Source: Alphaproteobacteria bacterium (GTDB taxonomy: Bacteria; Pseudomonadota; Alphaproteobacteria; UBA7887). Taken from it: DNA of 64,000 bases. The translations under genes and the position numbers were made by a program. Positions 23,663 through 34,912 of the stretch are shown piece by piece. Under the pieces are notes generated by a model, which made no database searches, had not been told where the DNA came from, and was given only the letters and a program-made list of their open reading frames with translations. Location of the stretch: positions 864,001 through 928,000 of the forward strand of contig CBDCGL010000011.1 in the NCBI GenBank assembly GCA_965216755.1. Reading direction: 5' to 3'. Within the stretch, counting starts at the first letter, position 1. Every line of letters begins with the position of its first letter.

Positions 23663-24873
23663 TCCCTGTTGATGACGCGCGTGAACGTATTCTCGCGCAC
23701 ATGAAACCCACGGCGCCGGAAATCGTTCCATTGAGCGATGGCCTGGGCCGTGTGTTGGCGAAGGATGTCGCCGCCAGGCGCACGCAACCGCCACGCGCGG
23801 TTTCCGCCATGGACGGTTACGCGGCGCGCGCTGCCGACGTGGCGGCGGTTCCCGTCACGCTCGCTTGTATCGGCGAAGCGCCCGCCGGCGGTGCGTTTGA
23901 AGGCTGTGTGGAGCCCGGGCAAACGGTGCGCATTTTCACCGGTGGACCATTGCCAGACGGCGCCGACACCATTGTTATTCAAGAGAACACAACCGCCGAA
24001 GGCGACCGGATTACGGTGACCGAATCCGCCGAAGTCGGTCGCTATGTGCGCCGCGCCGGCCTGGATTTTCAGGAAGGCACAGTCGTGCTCAAGGCCGGCC
24101 ACGTACTCACCGTGCGCGATGTCGCCCTGGCATCGGCCATGAATCATCCCTGGCTACATGTGCGCAGGCGACCGCGCGTTGCGATCTTGGCCACCGGCGA
24201 TGAAGTGGTGATGCCTGGGGAACCCATTGGAGCCAACCAAATTGCCAGCGCCAACGAGTTGGGCTTGGCGGCGGTGGTAAGCGCCTGCGGCGGCGAACCG
24301 GTCATGCTCGGCGTGGCACCGGACAAATCGGATGTTTTGGGTGAGATGGTCGCGCGCGCGCAGGGCGCGGATTTGCTTGTCACCACCGGCGGTGTTTCGG
24401 TTGGTGCGCGCGACCTCGTCGGCCAAGCTCTGCGTGCTCAAGGCATGGATCTTGGCTTTTGGAAGATCGCCATGCGTCCGGGCAAACCGCTGATGTTCGG
24501 CCTGTTGGACAGCTGTCCTGTGCTCGGCATGCCAGGAAATCCCGTCTCGACAATGATTTGCAGCTTGCTTTTCCTGCGCCCGGCTATCGCCAAGATGCTG
24601 GCAATGGCAACGCCCCCTGATGAAACCGAAACCGCAATATTGCAGACACCGCTCCGAGAAAATGATCAACGCCAAGATTATCTGCGCGCCCGCCTCAATC
24701 ACGACGACAGGGGGCGACTGTTGGTTCAGGCGTACCCGAAGCAGGACAGCTCGGTGCTATCTGTCTTGGCCCAGGCGGACGGACTCGTTGTACGCCCGCC
24801 CCATGCACCGGCGGCGGCAAAGGGCGATCGGGTCCCGGTCATTCGCTATCCGACGGGCCTGGTCCAATTTTGA
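23659..24873 (+). CDS. moeA: Molybdopterin molybdotransferase MoeA
   Basis: Motifs SAMDGYA, RIFTGG, ATGDE, TTGGVS, RPGKP and PGNPVS. Confidence 0.96.
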   Translation: MIPVDDARERILAHMKPTAPEIVPLSDGLGRVLAKDVAARRTQPPRAVSAMDGYAARAADVAAVPVTLACIGEAPAGGAFEGCVEPGQTVRIFTGGPLPDGADTIVIQENTTAEGDRITVTESAEVGRYVRRAGLDFQEGTVVLKAGHVLTVRDVALASAMNHPWLHVRRRPRVAILATGDEVVMPGEPIGANQIASANELGLAAVVSACGGEPVMLGVAPDKSDVLGEMVARAQGADLLVTTGGVSVGARDLVGQALRAQGMDLGFWKIAMRPGKPLMFGLLDSCPVLGMPGNPVSTMICSLLFLRPAIAKMLAMATPPDETETAILQTPLRENDQRQDYLRARLNHDDRGRLLVQAYPKQDSSVLSVLAQADGLVVRPPHAPAAAKGDRVPVIRYPTGLVQF

Positions 24874-24900
24874 CGGATCCAACCCCTTGACCGACGCCTA

Positions 24901-24939
24901 GAACCAAACTAGAACATACAGTAAGTTTTTGTTTTGTTC
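24901..24939 (+). promoter_or_regulatory. Alphaproteobacterial SOS (LexA) boxes overlapping the lexA promoter
   Basis: Perfect GAAC-N7-GAAC (24901-24915) and near-consensus GTTT-N7-GTTC (24925-24939). They overlap a TTGACC-N17-TAGAAC promoter at 24887-24915. Confidence 0.85.
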
Positions 24940-24984
24940 CCCGGCGCGTCGCCGGGTTGAGTTCCTATCGGGGGGAACGATTCG

Positions 24985-25686
24985 ATGCTGACACGTAAAC
25001 AGTTTGAACTGTTGATGCTGATCAATGAGCGGCTCGAGAAAACGGGGATCTCGCCGTCTTTCGAGGAGATGAAGACAGCGCTGAATCTGCGTTCGAAAAG
25101 TGGCATCCACCGTTTGATCACTGGTCTGGAGGAACGTGGCTTCATTCGGCGCATGCCGCATCGCGCGCGGGCACTGGAAGTGCTGAAACTGCCGTCCGAG
25201 GCGGGCGCGACAGCAAAAATCCCCGATACCCGCGGGGACCTTGGTCCAAACGTGGTGCGTGGCAATTTCGCCGGCGGTGGCCGGCCGGTAGAAATGGCGT
25301 CGCCGATCGTGACCTTGCCGCTGTTTGGTCGAATCGCGGCGGGCACGCCGATCGAAGCCTTGCAGGACCCGACGAACCACGTCGACGTGCCCGCCGATTT
25401 CGTCGGCGGCGGGGATCACTACGCCCTTGAGGTCGCCGGTGATTCCATGATCGATGCAGGTATATTGGACGGGGATATCGCGATCATTCGCCGGTGTGAA
25501 ACCGCCGAGAATGGTTCCATCGTGGTCGCACTGGTCGACGAGGTCGAAGCGACCCTCAAGCGAATCCGGAAAAAGGGTGCGTCCGTCGCGTTGGAGCCCG
25601 CGAATCCCGCCTACGAAACGCGCATCTTCGGACCCGATCGGGTCAAGATTCAAGGACGCCTGGTCGGTTTGTTCCGCTATTATTGA
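24985..25686 (+). CDS. lexA: SOS repressor LexA
   Basis: Motifs [21 protein letters not shown], cleavage site IAAG, catalytic GDSM and ATLKR. Confidence 0.97.
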   Translation: MLTRKQFELLMLINERLEKTGISPSFEEMKTALNLRSKSGIHRLITGLEERGFIRRMPHRARALEVLKLPSEAGATAKIPDTRGDLGPNVVRGNFAGGGRPVEMASPIVTLPLFGRIAAGTPIEALQDPTNHVDVPADFVGGGDHYALEVAGDSMIDAGILDGDIAIIRRCETAENGSIVVALVDEVEATLKRIRKKGASVALEPANPAYETRIFGPDRVKIQGRLVGLFRYY

Positions 25687-25779
25687 GGCATTGTTCTGGC
25701 GTTGGCGGGCGCACGCGGAGCCCAGCCGTTCACCTTTTTCAGCACGGCGAGTCGTAAACGGAGACGGGTGCCACGGTGT

Positions 25780-26751
25780 TTATCCGCCGGGGACGCCTTG
25801 CGTATTGACGTAAAGGGCATAGAGCGACTGGCTCGCCGCCATGAACAGGCGGTTGCGCAACGCCCCGCCAAAGCAAACGTTCGCACATCTCTCCGGTAAC
25901 GCAATTCGACCGATTTTGGTTCCGTCGGGTGCAAACACGAGGACGCCGTCGAGGTCTTGCGAGCCCATGCCCCAACCGCACCATAAATTGCCGTCGATAT
26001 CGCAGCGCATGCCATCCGGCGTGCCGCCGGGCCCGGCGTCGATCAACACGCGCTTGTTGGTAATCTCGCGGCCATTGGGGGTCACGTTGTAGGCCAGGAT
26101 CTTGCGATGTGGAACGCCGCGCGATTCGACGACATACAAGATCCGTTCGTCTGGCGAAAAGCAGAGTCCATTCGGGCCCAAAACATCGTCGGCGATAAGC
26201 GAGGCAGCGCCGGTCTCGCCATCAATGCGATAGACACCCTGCGGAACCTCCGGTTCGGCTTTGTAGCCCTCGTAATTGCCGAGAATGCCAAACGGCGGAT
26301 CTGTGAACCAAACTGATCCGTCAGACTTGACGACTACATCATTGGGCGAATTGAGCGGCCGGCCCTGCCAACGATCGATCAATGTGGTGACGGTCCCGTC
26401 ATACTCCGTGCGGCTGACGCAACGTCCGCCGTGCTCGCAAGTGATCAGTCGCCCTTTCCGGTCGCGCGTGTGGCCATTGGCGAAATTTGACGGCTTACGA
26501 TAAACGCTGACGCGCCCGGTTTCCTCTTCCCATTTGAGAATGCGGTTGTTGGGAATGTCGCTCCACAGAAGGTAGCGCCCATCGCCAAACCAAACGGGCC
26601 CTTCGGACCAGCGACACCCGGTATAGAGGCGCTCGACGGCCGCACTGAATATTCTGTAGGCTTCAAACCGCTCGTCCAGAATTTCAATGGCCGGATCGGG
26701 ATAGCGTGGATTGACCCGCCAACCACCGCTCAACGGATGTTCTATGGTCAT
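25780..26751 (-). CDS. SMP-30/gluconolactonase/LRE family protein
   Basis: Motifs WSEGPVW, WSDIPNN, LNSPNDVV, FTDPPFG, PNGLCFSPDE and PDGMRCD. Start at ATG 26751. Confidence 0.92.
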   Translation of the reverse strand: MTIEHPLSGGWRVNPRYPDPAIEILDERFEAYRIFSAAVERLYTGCRWSEGPVWFGDGRYLLWSDIPNNRILKWEEETGRVSVYRKPSNFANGHTRDRKGRLITCEHGGRCVSRTEYDGTVTTLIDRWQGRPLNSPNDVVVKSDGSVWFTDPPFGILGNYEGYKAEPEVPQGVYRIDGETGAASLIADDVLGPNGLCFSPDERILYVVESRGVPHRKILAYNVTPNGREITNKRVLIDAGPGGTPDGMRCDIDGNLWCGWGMGSQDLDGVLVFAPDGTKIGRIALPERCANVCFGGALRNRLFMAASQSLYALYVNTQGVPGG

Positions 26752-26800
26752 CGCAATTGCCGCCCTTGCCAAATTTCTCTTCGCTCCAACGCAGAGGTGA

Positions 26801-28381
26801 CTACGTGACGCCATCCGGCGCCCGGAACACACCACCGCGACGCGGATCGCCGTATCCGGAAAACTGGCGATGTCCGCGATCGAATCTGACACAGTGGACC
26901 CCACCGAAAAAGATCGAACGATCTGGCCATTGTTGAACTGACTCGAATCGACGCTGAAGGGCTTCGATGACCGGCTCATCAAATCCGGCTTCGACATGAA
27001 CCACGGCATCCGCGTCAACATGAATCCGCGGCGCCTCAACCGCTTTGTCCACGGCCAATCGGAAGTCCATTACGTTCAGCAGGACTTGCAGGATGGCGGT
27101 ACGAATGCGATTGGAGCCGCCAGATCCAAGAACGAATTCCACCTGCTCTTTGTCGTTCAAGGCCAGGGTCGGCGCCATCATCGACGCCATGCGTGTGTCT
27201 TCGGGCCACGCACCGAATCCATGGGGGTTTATATCCGCCTCGCCCAACATGTTGTTCATCATGATCCCTGTGCCGGGAATAACATAGGCCGCGCCCTCGC
27301 CGTTCGACGCGGTCATCGCGACAGCATTGCCGTCGCCGTCGATTACACTGATGTGCGTGGTGCCGCGCGAGGACTTCGGAGCCTTGGATAGACGCGCGCG
27401 ATAGTCGACGACACGATCCGGACTCAAGAGCGCGTGGACGTCCGCCTCGTGGCCACTGTCCATTCCACTTTCCTGTCGCGCTTCATTGGTCAGCGTCATG
27501 ATGTGCGCCAATTTGACCAGATGACCGGCCGAGGCAAAGTCCTCGCGCCACAACATTGTGGCCCGGGCGAGTTCAAGTCCGAAGGCGATGAGGACACCAC
27601 CGGTCGAAGGCGGCGGATTGGTGAACAATTGGGCATCGCCATGCCGCAGCGTCAAAGGTTCCCTTCGATGGACCTCAAAAGCAGAAAAATCCTGCCTGTC
27701 GAGATGTCCGCCACCCTCCGCGCAATCTTTCGCGACATGTGCTGCCACGTCACCCTTCGTAAACAGAGTCTCGCCCTCTCCCGCGAGTGACTCCAGAAAG
27801 TCGCCGAAGTGCGCATTCATGAATAACTCACCTTCGCACAGAACCCCACCTTTTCTGCGGCGGCTTCCGAACAGTGCTCGGCTTTCTTTCCCGGACAAAT
27901 ATATGTCGCGGACAACTTCGAAAATCGATGCTTGCAACGCATTTATGCGAACCCCACGTCGCGCCAGAAAAAGCGCAGGTTCAACAATCCGCTGCATTGG
28001 CATTCTGCCGAGGTCCCGGTGAGCGGCAAACAGACCTTTCACCATGCCTGGCGTGGCCATTGCGCCGAGGCCAATATGGAATTCCTGCAAGGTTGTGCCA
28101 AAGTCGGCGTGGACAGATCTGAAATCTGTTTCAGCCGCTGTTCGCCGCCGCCGCGGAGTCTGCGCAAAAAAGTCGTAGAGGACCGGCCTCCCGTCGATCG
28201 GTCGCGCCAACAAAAATCCGCCCCCGCCGAGCGATGTCAAGACCGGTTCGGCCACGCAAGCAACGAACATTCCGGCGATCACTGCATCGAACGCATTGCC
28301 GCCTTCTTGCAAAATGATTTGGGCCGCCTTTGCAGTGTCCGCGTGACCCGCGGCGACGGCACCCCATTGAGTGCGATCCAT
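26801..28381 (-). CDS. ggt: Gamma-glutamyltransferase family protein (no obvious signal peptide)
   Basis: Motifs GGNAFDA, SLGGGGF, nucleophile TTHISVID, NNMLGE and SMMAP. Confidence 0.9.
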   Translation of the reverse strand: MDRTQWGAVAAGHADTAKAAQIILQEGGNAFDAVIAGMFVACVAEPVLTSLGGGGFLLARPIDGRPVLYDFFAQTPRRRRTAAETDFRSVHADFGTTLQEFHIGLGAMATPGMVKGLFAAHRDLGRMPMQRIVEPALFLARRGVRINALQASIFEVVRDIYLSGKESRALFGSRRRKGGVLCEGELFMNAHFGDFLESLAGEGETLFTKGDVAAHVAKDCAEGGGHLDRQDFSAFEVHRREPLTLRHGDAQLFTNPPPSTGGVLIAFGLELARATMLWREDFASAGHLVKLAHIMTLTNEARQESGMDSGHEADVHALLSPDRVVDYRARLSKAPKSSRGTTHISVIDGDGNAVAMTASNGEGAAYVIPGTGIMMNNMLGEADINPHGFGAWPEDTRMASMMAPTLALNDKEQVEFVLGSGGSNRIRTAILQVLLNVMDFRLAVDKAVEAPRIHVDADAVVHVEAGFDEPVIEALQRRFESVQQWPDRSIFFGGVHCVRFDRGHRQFSGYGDPRRGGVFRAPDGVT

Positions 28382-28514
28382 TGACGCGCCGATACCCGTT
28401 GCATGTCAATCAAAAGAGTCATCCGAGAATAGCGAAAACAGCATCGCCCGTCTTGGTTTATCTAGCCGGCGCGCCAATCGTTTCCCGTTGGTGCGCCATA
28501 GCACGTCAATCTGT

Positions 28515-28536
28515 ATTATCTTTCTGGAAAGATAAT
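28515..28536. promoter_or_regulatory. Perfect palindromic operator, probably bound by the adjacent MarR
   Basis: ATTATCTTTC-TG-GAAAGATAAT (10-bp arms) lies between the divergent ggt and marR genes. Confidence 0.7.
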
Positions 28537-28609
28537 CGAAGGACTAAAGGAATCTGCTAATTTATATGTGCTTGATGATTGGTCATTGTTGTTCGCATCG
28601 GGGGCACAC

Positions 28610-29122
28610 ATGTCAAACAACTGGTCGACGAACGATATATTGCAGCTCATGGAAAATAACTGGCCTGAAATCGTTTTGCCACGCATGTGCCTGATGGTGC
28701 GTTTCCGACGCGTTCAAGAGCTGTTGGTAGCCGCAGTAAACGATATTCACGCGCGCCATGACTTGACGTCGGGAGAAGTCGCGGCACTGATGACATTGCG
28801 ATCATTGTCCACGCCGTACGCGGCGACACCGTCAGATCTATCCCATGCCATTCCGATGACGTCGGGCGGCCTAACAAAGGTTCTGAAGAGCCTTGAGCGG
28901 CGCAAGCTTGTCCGGCGCAGTATCAGCGGCGATGATGCACGGAGCAAGCCGATTCAGTTGACAGCCAAGGGGCGGCGTCTGGCAGAGAGCATCGTTCCAA
29001 AACTTGCTGCCGCCGAATTTGCCGTGATCTCAGCCGCGTTGTCCGCGCGCGAGCGTGACCTGCTATCACGCCTTCTTCAGAAGACCCTTGACCGAGCCGA
29101 ACGCGACCATACGGAAACCTAG
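28610..29122 (+). CDS. MarR family regulator, PecS/UrtR-like
   Basis: Winged HTH TPSDL...TSGGLTKVLKSLE, wing DARS and LTAKG, plus an N-terminal extension with Trp. Confidence 0.88.
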   Translation: MSNNWSTNDILQLMENNWPEIVLPRMCLMVRFRRVQELLVAAVNDIHARHDLTSGEVAALMTLRSLSTPYAATPSDLSHAIPMTSGGLTKVLKSLERRKLVRRSISGDDARSKPIQLTAKGRRLAESIVPKLAAAEFAVISAALSARERDLLSRLLQKTLDRAERDHTET

Positions 29123-29192
29123 CGATCTAGGAGTCGTTTGGCGAAATCGCCTGAATCCGACGCCATCGCTTGGGATCGCTCTCGTCCAATCT

Positions 29193-30245
29193 CTATTCCA
29201 AATATCCTAGCTCACGCCACTCGCTATAACTGTCGCGAAACTGCTTGTAGCTTCCGTAGACTTCTGCGAACAGAGGGTCCGAAGCCGATGCTTCTTCCGC
29301 AACCTCATTCCACGCGCCACGAAACGCCTGGATCTGTTCGTCGGTCCATTTGTGAATTTGAACGCCATGCGAACGGTGGAATTCCAAGGCTTCACCTTGC
29401 GATGCATCGCCCTTGGCCATCATCCACATATTTGCTTCGCCGCAGGTCACCTCGATCATCCGTTTATAGGCATCGGGTAACGCCTGATATCGTTCGAGAT
29501 TGATAATCAGCTCGACAAACGATGCCTGCTGGTGCCAGCCCGGAAAGTAGTTGTGCTTGGCGATTTGATAGAATCCGAGCTGGCGATCCAGCCCCGGATA
29601 AGAGAATTCGGTGGCATCGATCGTGCCGAGTTCCAAGGCTGTGTAGATATCGCCGCTGGCCAGAAGCTGCGTGGAAACACCGAACTTCTCCATCACTTGC
29701 GCGCCGAGCCCGAAAAAACGCATTTTCAAGCCATCAAGTTGGTCGAGCGACACGATTTCCTCCCGAAACCAACCGGACGATTCGGCAACCACCATGCCAC
29801 ATTGGAAGCCTTGCACGCCACGCGCATTGTATTCTCGGTCGTATATCTCTTTGCCGCCCCCATGGTGGATCCAGCCGAGATATTCGCTAACCGATGGCCC
29901 GAACGGGACCGAACTGAAGAAAACCAAACCTGGAAACTTGCCGGCATGGAAACCCGTTGTCGTGTATGACAAATCAACCGCGCCGACCGCGACGGAATCG
30001 AAAACCTCCAGGGCCGGCACCAAAGCTCCGGGTTCAAAGAACCGAATCTTGAAGTTGCCGAACGACATGACATCGATTGTATCAATGACCCGTGCGATGT
30101 TCTCGCCGGGTACGTCGAGTGTCGACGGATAGGACGACGCCAGCTTCCAGCGCACTTTTTCTTGCGCTTGGGCAAGCCCAATCGTGGCAACTGCGACAAG
30201 TCCGATCGCAAACGATCGCGAGATGATATCGGTCATACTGATCAT
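29193..30245 (-). CDS. dctP: TRAP transporter solute-binding protein (DctP, TakP-like)
   Basis: Signal peptide, GALVP..EVFDSV, GWFREEI, GLKMRFFGLG, GTIDATEF and YFPGWHQ. Confidence 0.9.
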   Translation of the reverse strand: MISMTDIISRSFAIGLVAVATIGLAQAQEKVRWKLASSYPSTLDVPGENIARVIDTIDVMSFGNFKIRFFEPGALVPALEVFDSVAVGAVDLSYTTTGFHAGKFPGLVFFSSVPFGPSVSEYLGWIHHGGGKEIYDREYNARGVQGFQCGMVVAESSGWFREEIVSLDQLDGLKMRFFGLGAQVMEKFGVSTQLLASGDIYTALELGTIDATEFSYPGLDRQLGFYQIAKHNYFPGWHQQASFVELIINLERYQALPDAYKRMIEVTCGEANMWMMAKGDASQGEALEFHRSHGVQIHKWTDEQIQAFRGAWNEVAEEASASDPLFAEVYGSYKQFRDSYSEWRELGYLE

Positions 30246-30287
30246 TTTTGCCTCCCAAATCTGCGCTGCCGAAGCATAGCACGTCCG

Positions 30288-32429
30288 CTAGCGGCCACGC
30301 TTGGTGACCCAAGGCCGATCGCCGCGACGTGCGCGCACCGACTCAATTCTGATGTCGTCGGGCAGGAAGAAGACCGCGTGCGCGCCATTCCGCCAAATAT
30401 CAAATCGATCGACCACGTGGGGCGTATCCGGGCACGCGTCGCGCACCGGAACCGCACTGATAATCACGTCGCTGGTGCCGCAGTCATCGACCAGCGCCCG
30501 GCCGTCCGTGACCAACGCGGCGGTCCGTGTGCCAACTTCAAATCGACAACCGAGAGCGTCGCAGCGTAAAGTGCGACCGCCCTTGTCTACGTCACCGGAC
30601 GGTGACCAGGTGACCGGCATGGTCTGTCCTTGGCGACGGGTCCAGATCTTGCCGGCAAACCGTCCATGTCGTTGGCTGGACAACAATAGACGGTCGGTCC
30701 CGTCCCGAATGGCGAAGAGCTTGGCATTGTCGTTGACAAGAATGTCGGGACGTGTGGCGAAGTTTGCCGCAACCATTCCTGCGCATATTAATCCCGCGCC
30801 ATACCATCGCCATGGCCGGCGCCACAAGCAAATCCATAGACCGCCCAAAATGATGATAACCAAGGCAAACGTCGGCATCGTGCCAACGGCCCAAACCGCC
30901 GACGGCCAGCGCGACACGGTCTCCGCAACCGTCAAAACGATGTCTATGCCCCAGCCCATGAGTTTTAGCGCTGGCGCATCCATGCCAAACGGCATCAGCC
31001 CCAGGGCCAGTAGCCCGATCGGCATAATCCACATCGCGGTCACTGGAACCGCAACTAGATTCGCCACCAGACCGAACGTCGCGATTTGACCAAAGTGAAA
31101 GGCCGCAAATGGCGCGGTCGCTAGGCTCGCAATGCAGGTGGTCAAAGCGACACCGACGAAATAGAGCGGCAACCCACGCACGTGCAGCCACTCTTTAGGG
31201 CGCCGCGCCGACCGAAATCTGTCGCGCGCAACTTCGTATGTCGCGATGAGCGCAACGACGGCAGCAAACGACATTTGAAAGCTAATATTTATCAGACTTT
31301 CTGGCCGCAACACCAAGATCACGACGGCGGCCCAGGCGACGAGACGCATCGAAATCGCCGCGCGATCGATCAGAACCGCGAACAACACAACGCCAACCAT
31401 CAAAAATGCCCGCTGCGTGGGCACCGTGGCGCCCGTGATCAACATATAGCTTAAGGCAACAAACAACGCGGCAACCGCGGCCCATTTCTTGATCGGTACA
31501 CGCAATGCGACGATCGGAATGGCTGCGAATAAGGCGCGGGTTATGAAAAATATGGTGGCTGATGCCAACCCAATATGGAGCCCGGAGATGGCCAACAAAT
31601 GCGCCAAACCAGCTCGACGCATCTGTTCCCAGACCGTATCCGTGATCGCGCGCCGGTTGCCGGTCAACAGAGCCGCCGCAACCGCGCCATTATCGCCGTC
31701 CAAGACCGCAAGCACCCGCTCGGTAATCGCCAGTCGAAGCCGCTGTATAGTTACGTTCCATGACCTGGCTTGGCGAGCCGGTCCAACCGCGCGAACATCG
31801 GACACGGCCCAGCCAACCGCTCCGACACGCCCGAAATACAGTTGCCGCGCAAAGTCGAAGGCACCAGGCGCGACAGGCTCGGGCGGCGGCCGTAGAACGG
31901 CGCGCAATGCGATGCGCGCGCCGGCTGCGGCACCATCACTTTGGGTCCGGATATTGATCCTGACGCGCGCGGGCGTTTGATCGATTGGCCAGTCCCCGAT
32001 CGTCACCGCATCTAGATGAACGCGGATTCCGCTTGTCATCGGTTCGACCGACCTAACGGTCCCGACAATGTCGATGGCTCGTGTCTGCTTCGCAACGACG
32101 GGTTCAACAACCCAATCAGTTCGGGCCGTCGCAATGGCGAACCCAACCGCGCCCAAGCAGCCAACCACGAAGATCAATCTCATGACATCGCGAGTCACGA
32201 AAGCCAGAAAAGCGCACGCCACGGCCGACGTGATGCCGACCCAAAGCGGTGGTTCAAATGGCAACGTGAAATAGACGCCGATGCCCGTGCCGATTGCGAC
32301 CGGCACCCACAGCAACAGCCGCCCGCTCTCGCGTTCTAGCAATCTAAGAATTGTTCGTACCGCAAAGGCCGTGTCGGGCCTGCGTGGCGAGAATGTTGAT
32401 AGATCCGTGATGTCGGATCCCGACGCCAT
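30288..32429 (-). CDS. comEC: ComEC/Rec2 competence membrane channel
   Basis: OB region (PGAFDFAR) and competence domain motifs GLAHLLAISGLH, PTQRAFLM, SFQMSF and ANLVAVP. Confidence 0.93.
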   Translation of the reverse strand: MASGSDITDLSTFSPRRPDTAFAVRTILRLLERESGRLLLWVPVAIGTGIGVYFTLPFEPPLWVGITSAVACAFLAFVTRDVMRLIFVVGCLGAVGFAIATARTDWVVEPVVAKQTRAIDIVGTVRSVEPMTSGIRVHLDAVTIGDWPIDQTPARVRINIRTQSDGAAAGARIALRAVLRPPPEPVAPGAFDFARQLYFGRVGAVGWAVSDVRAVGPARQARSWNVTIQRLRLAITERVLAVLDGDNGAVAAALLTGNRRAITDTVWEQMRRAGLAHLLAISGLHIGLASATIFFITRALFAAIPIVALRVPIKKWAAVAALFVALSYMLITGATVPTQRAFLMVGVVLFAVLIDRAAISMRLVAWAAVVILVLRPESLINISFQMSFAAVVALIATYEVARDRFRSARRPKEWLHVRGLPLYFVGVALTTCIASLATAPFAAFHFGQIATFGLVANLVAVPVTAMWIMPIGLLALGLMPFGMDAPALKLMGWGIDIVLTVAETVSRWPSAVWAVGTMPTFALVIIILGGLWICLWRRPWRWYGAGLICAGMVAANFATRPDILVNDNAKLFAIRDGTDRLLLSSQRHGRFAGKIWTRRQGQTMPVTWSPSGDVDKGGRTLRCDALGCRFEVGTRTAALVTDGRALVDDCGTSDVIISAVPVRDACPDTPHVVDRFDIWRNGAHAVFFLPDDIRIESVRARRGDRPWVTKRGR

Positions 32430-32487
32430 TTCGTTCCAGATTCTCGTCCGACCTACGCTCTAAAGAGGATCATGTAGCATGGGACAG

Positions 32488-33375
32488 TCACGAAGCGCGA
32501 GGACCGACATCTCTTCGGCTTGCCCGCGCTATTACCGCCTCGCGATAGGAGATATATGTCGTGCTAGCAAATATCACGGCGCCCCCGATCCATGTGTATA
32601 CACTCGGCGTCTCGCCAAATGCCAGAAAACCAAGAATGCTGGCCCATATCAATTTCAGAAAGTCAAACGGCAGTACAACCGTAGTATCTGCTTCCTTCAA
32701 AGCTTGTGTCATCGACAATTGCGCCATGGTACCTATGATTCCAATTGCCACAAGCCAGCCAAATTCAATAGGCGTCGGCCATCTCCAGACGAACACCGCC
32801 GGGACCAAAGACAGTGGAATCATCATCAGCAGCATGTAGCTTGCTATGGTCACGCTGGATTCGGTGCGCGCCAATATCTTGATCACGATCAACGCGCACG
32901 CCCATATCGCGGTGGATATCAGCATCAGCACCGATCCAAGCCCAATGGCCTCGATTCCCGGCCGTACGATAATAAGCGTGCCAATAAAACCAATCGCAAT
33001 TGCGCTCAACCGCCGCAATCGCACCACTTCACCCAGGATGAAAATCGCAAGGATTGTCGCGAATATCGGAGCTGTGAAGCCCAAAGCCGTGACTTTGGCA
33101 AGGGGCGTAATCGACAGGGCATAAAAAAACGTCAACATTGCCACGACATTGAAACCGGCACGCAATGCGTGGAGCGGGAATTTCTTCGTTCGCAACGGCG
33201 CCAGGCCATAGCGCACATACCACGGCGCAATGACGATCAGCCCGAAAAAATTGCGAAAGAAGGCAATCTCGAACGGGTGCATAGCGCTGGACATATGGCG
33301 GATCGCGGCATGCATGATCGCAAACCCAACCGTTGCCGCCGACATAAAAAGAATACCACGCACTGTCGCCGACAT
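32488..33375 (-). CDS. EamA/DMT family transporter
   Basis: About 10 TM helices in two repeats, with FTAPIF, GEVV..RR and IVRPG. Start at ATG 33375. Confidence 0.9.
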   Translation of the reverse strand: MSATVRGILFMSAATVGFAIMHAAIRHMSSAMHPFEIAFFRNFFGLIVIAPWYVRYGLAPLRTKKFPLHALRAGFNVVAMLTFFYALSITPLAKVTALGFTAPIFATILAIFILGEVVRLRRLSAIAIGFIGTLIIVRPGIEAIGLGSVLMLISTAIWACALIVIKILARTESSVTIASYMLLMMIPLSLVPAVFVWRWPTPIEFGWLVAIGIIGTMAQLSMTQALKEADTTVVLPFDFLKLIWASILGFLAFGETPSVYTWIGGAVIFASTTYISYREAVIARASRRDVGPRAS

Positions 33376-33484
33376 GCCCGATCGCCTCGATACGTCTTTA
33401 AAGGGATCCGCGCGTCGCACATGTCCGCGCAAATATGATAGGAGAGGTACCCAATCACACCATCTTACACCGGTTGGCAACCCC

Positions 33485-34891
33485 ATGACAGTTGTGACAC
33501 GATTTGCGCCCTCGCCGACAGGCTTCCTCCACATCGGGGGCGCACGAACCGCATTGTTCAACTGGCTGTTTGCCCGCCACCACGGCGGACAGTTTCGCTT
33601 GCGCATCGAAGATACCGATCTGAAGCGCTCGACTGCTGCGGCGAAAGCCGCGATTCTCGATGGCTTGCAGTGGTTGGAATTGGATTGGGACGGCGAAGTT
33701 ATTTACCAATCCGCGCGCCGCGCCGCCCATGTCGCCACTGTCCAGCGTCTGCTGGACTCGGGCCATGCATATCGCTGCTATTGCTCACCCGAGGAACTGG
33801 CAGACATGCGCGATCAGGCGCGCGCCGAGGGACGACCGGTGATGTATGACGGTCGCTGGCGTGATCGTTCGCCTGACGAGGCTCCCGCCGGCGTCGCACC
33901 GGCCATTCGCTTGAAAGCGCCGCGCGACGGCGAGTCTGTCATAGACGATTTGGTGCAAGGCACGGTTCGCATCGCTAACAGCCAACTCGACGATATGATT
34001 TTGCTGCGGGCCGACGGCACACCGACATACATGCTGGCCGTGGTCGTTGATGACCATGACATGGGCGTCACCCACACCATTCGTGGCGATGACCATCTCA
34101 ACAACGCGTTTCGCCAAACCCAAATTTTCGAAGCCCTGGATTGGAATCCGCCGGAATTCGCGCATATTCCTCTGATTCACGGGCCCGACGGCGCCAAACT
34201 TTCGAAACGCCACGGTGCGCTGGGTGTCGACGCCTATCGGGACATGGGCTATTTGCCCGCCGCGATGCGCAACTACCTTTTGCGACTCGGGTGGTCGCAT
34301 GGCGATGACGAGGTCATCAGCACCGAGCAGGCCATACAGTGGTTCGATTTGGGCGGCGTGGGAAAATCTGCGTCTCGGTTCGATTTCACCAAGCTTGAAA
34401 GCCTGAACGCCACCTATATTCGCGACAGCGCAGACGATGCGCTCTTAGGACTCTTGATGCCTCTGGTCGAAAAAAGGGTCGGGCATCAAATTGACGCTTC
34501 CGCAAGCGCTCGCCTCGTGGCTGGATTGGGCGGCTTGAAGCCACGCGCCAAGACATTGCTGGAACTGGCCGACAACGCGGAATTTTATGTCGCCGATCGG
34601 CCCATTGTGATCGCTGACAAGGCGGCGATATTGCTCGATCAAGATGGCCGCGCAAATCTCGACGCATTGTCATCCGAACTTGCCGCCCTGCCAGACTGGC
34701 TACCGGAATCGATCGAATCGGCAGTGCGTGCGTTTGCTGAATCGCAAGGTTTGAAGCTTGGTAAAATCGCCCAACCCCTTCGTGCGGCACTGACCGGGTC
34801 GACCACATCACCGGGTATGTGGGAGGTGATGTTTGCATTGGGGCGCAACGAGGTTCTGGGGCGCCTTGGCGATGTTTCGGCGCCAGCCTGA
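33485..34891 (+). CDS. gltX: Glutamate--tRNA ligase
   Basis: Motifs [28 protein letters not shown] and KLSKR. Start at ATG 33485. Confidence 0.97.
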   Translation: MTVVTRFAPSPTGFLHIGGARTALFNWLFARHHGGQFRLRIEDTDLKRSTAAAKAAILDGLQWLELDWDGEVIYQSARRAAHVATVQRLLDSGHAYRCYCSPEELADMRDQARAEGRPVMYDGRWRDRSPDEAPAGVAPAIRLKAPRDGESVIDDLVQGTVRIANSQLDDMILLRADGTPTYMLAVVVDDHDMGVTHTIRGDDHLNNAFRQTQIFEALDWNPPEFAHIPLIHGPDGAKLSKRHGALGVDAYRDMGYLPAAMRNYLLRLGWSHGDDEVISTEQAIQWFDLGGVGKSASRFDFTKLESLNATYIRDSADDALLGLLMPLVEKRVGHQIDASASARLVAGLGGLKPRAKTLLELADNAEFYVADRPIVIADKAAILLDQDGRANLDALSSELAALPDWLPESIESAVRAFAESQGLKLGKIAQPLRAALTGSTTSPGMWEVMFALGRNEVLGRLGDVSAPA

Positions 34892-34912
34892 GGTTGTTGC
34901 CGTCGCGAGCGC

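Noticed and set aside
24901-24939. LexA boxes as a novelty
   Set aside because: Textbook lexA autoregulation, so listed as a feature only.
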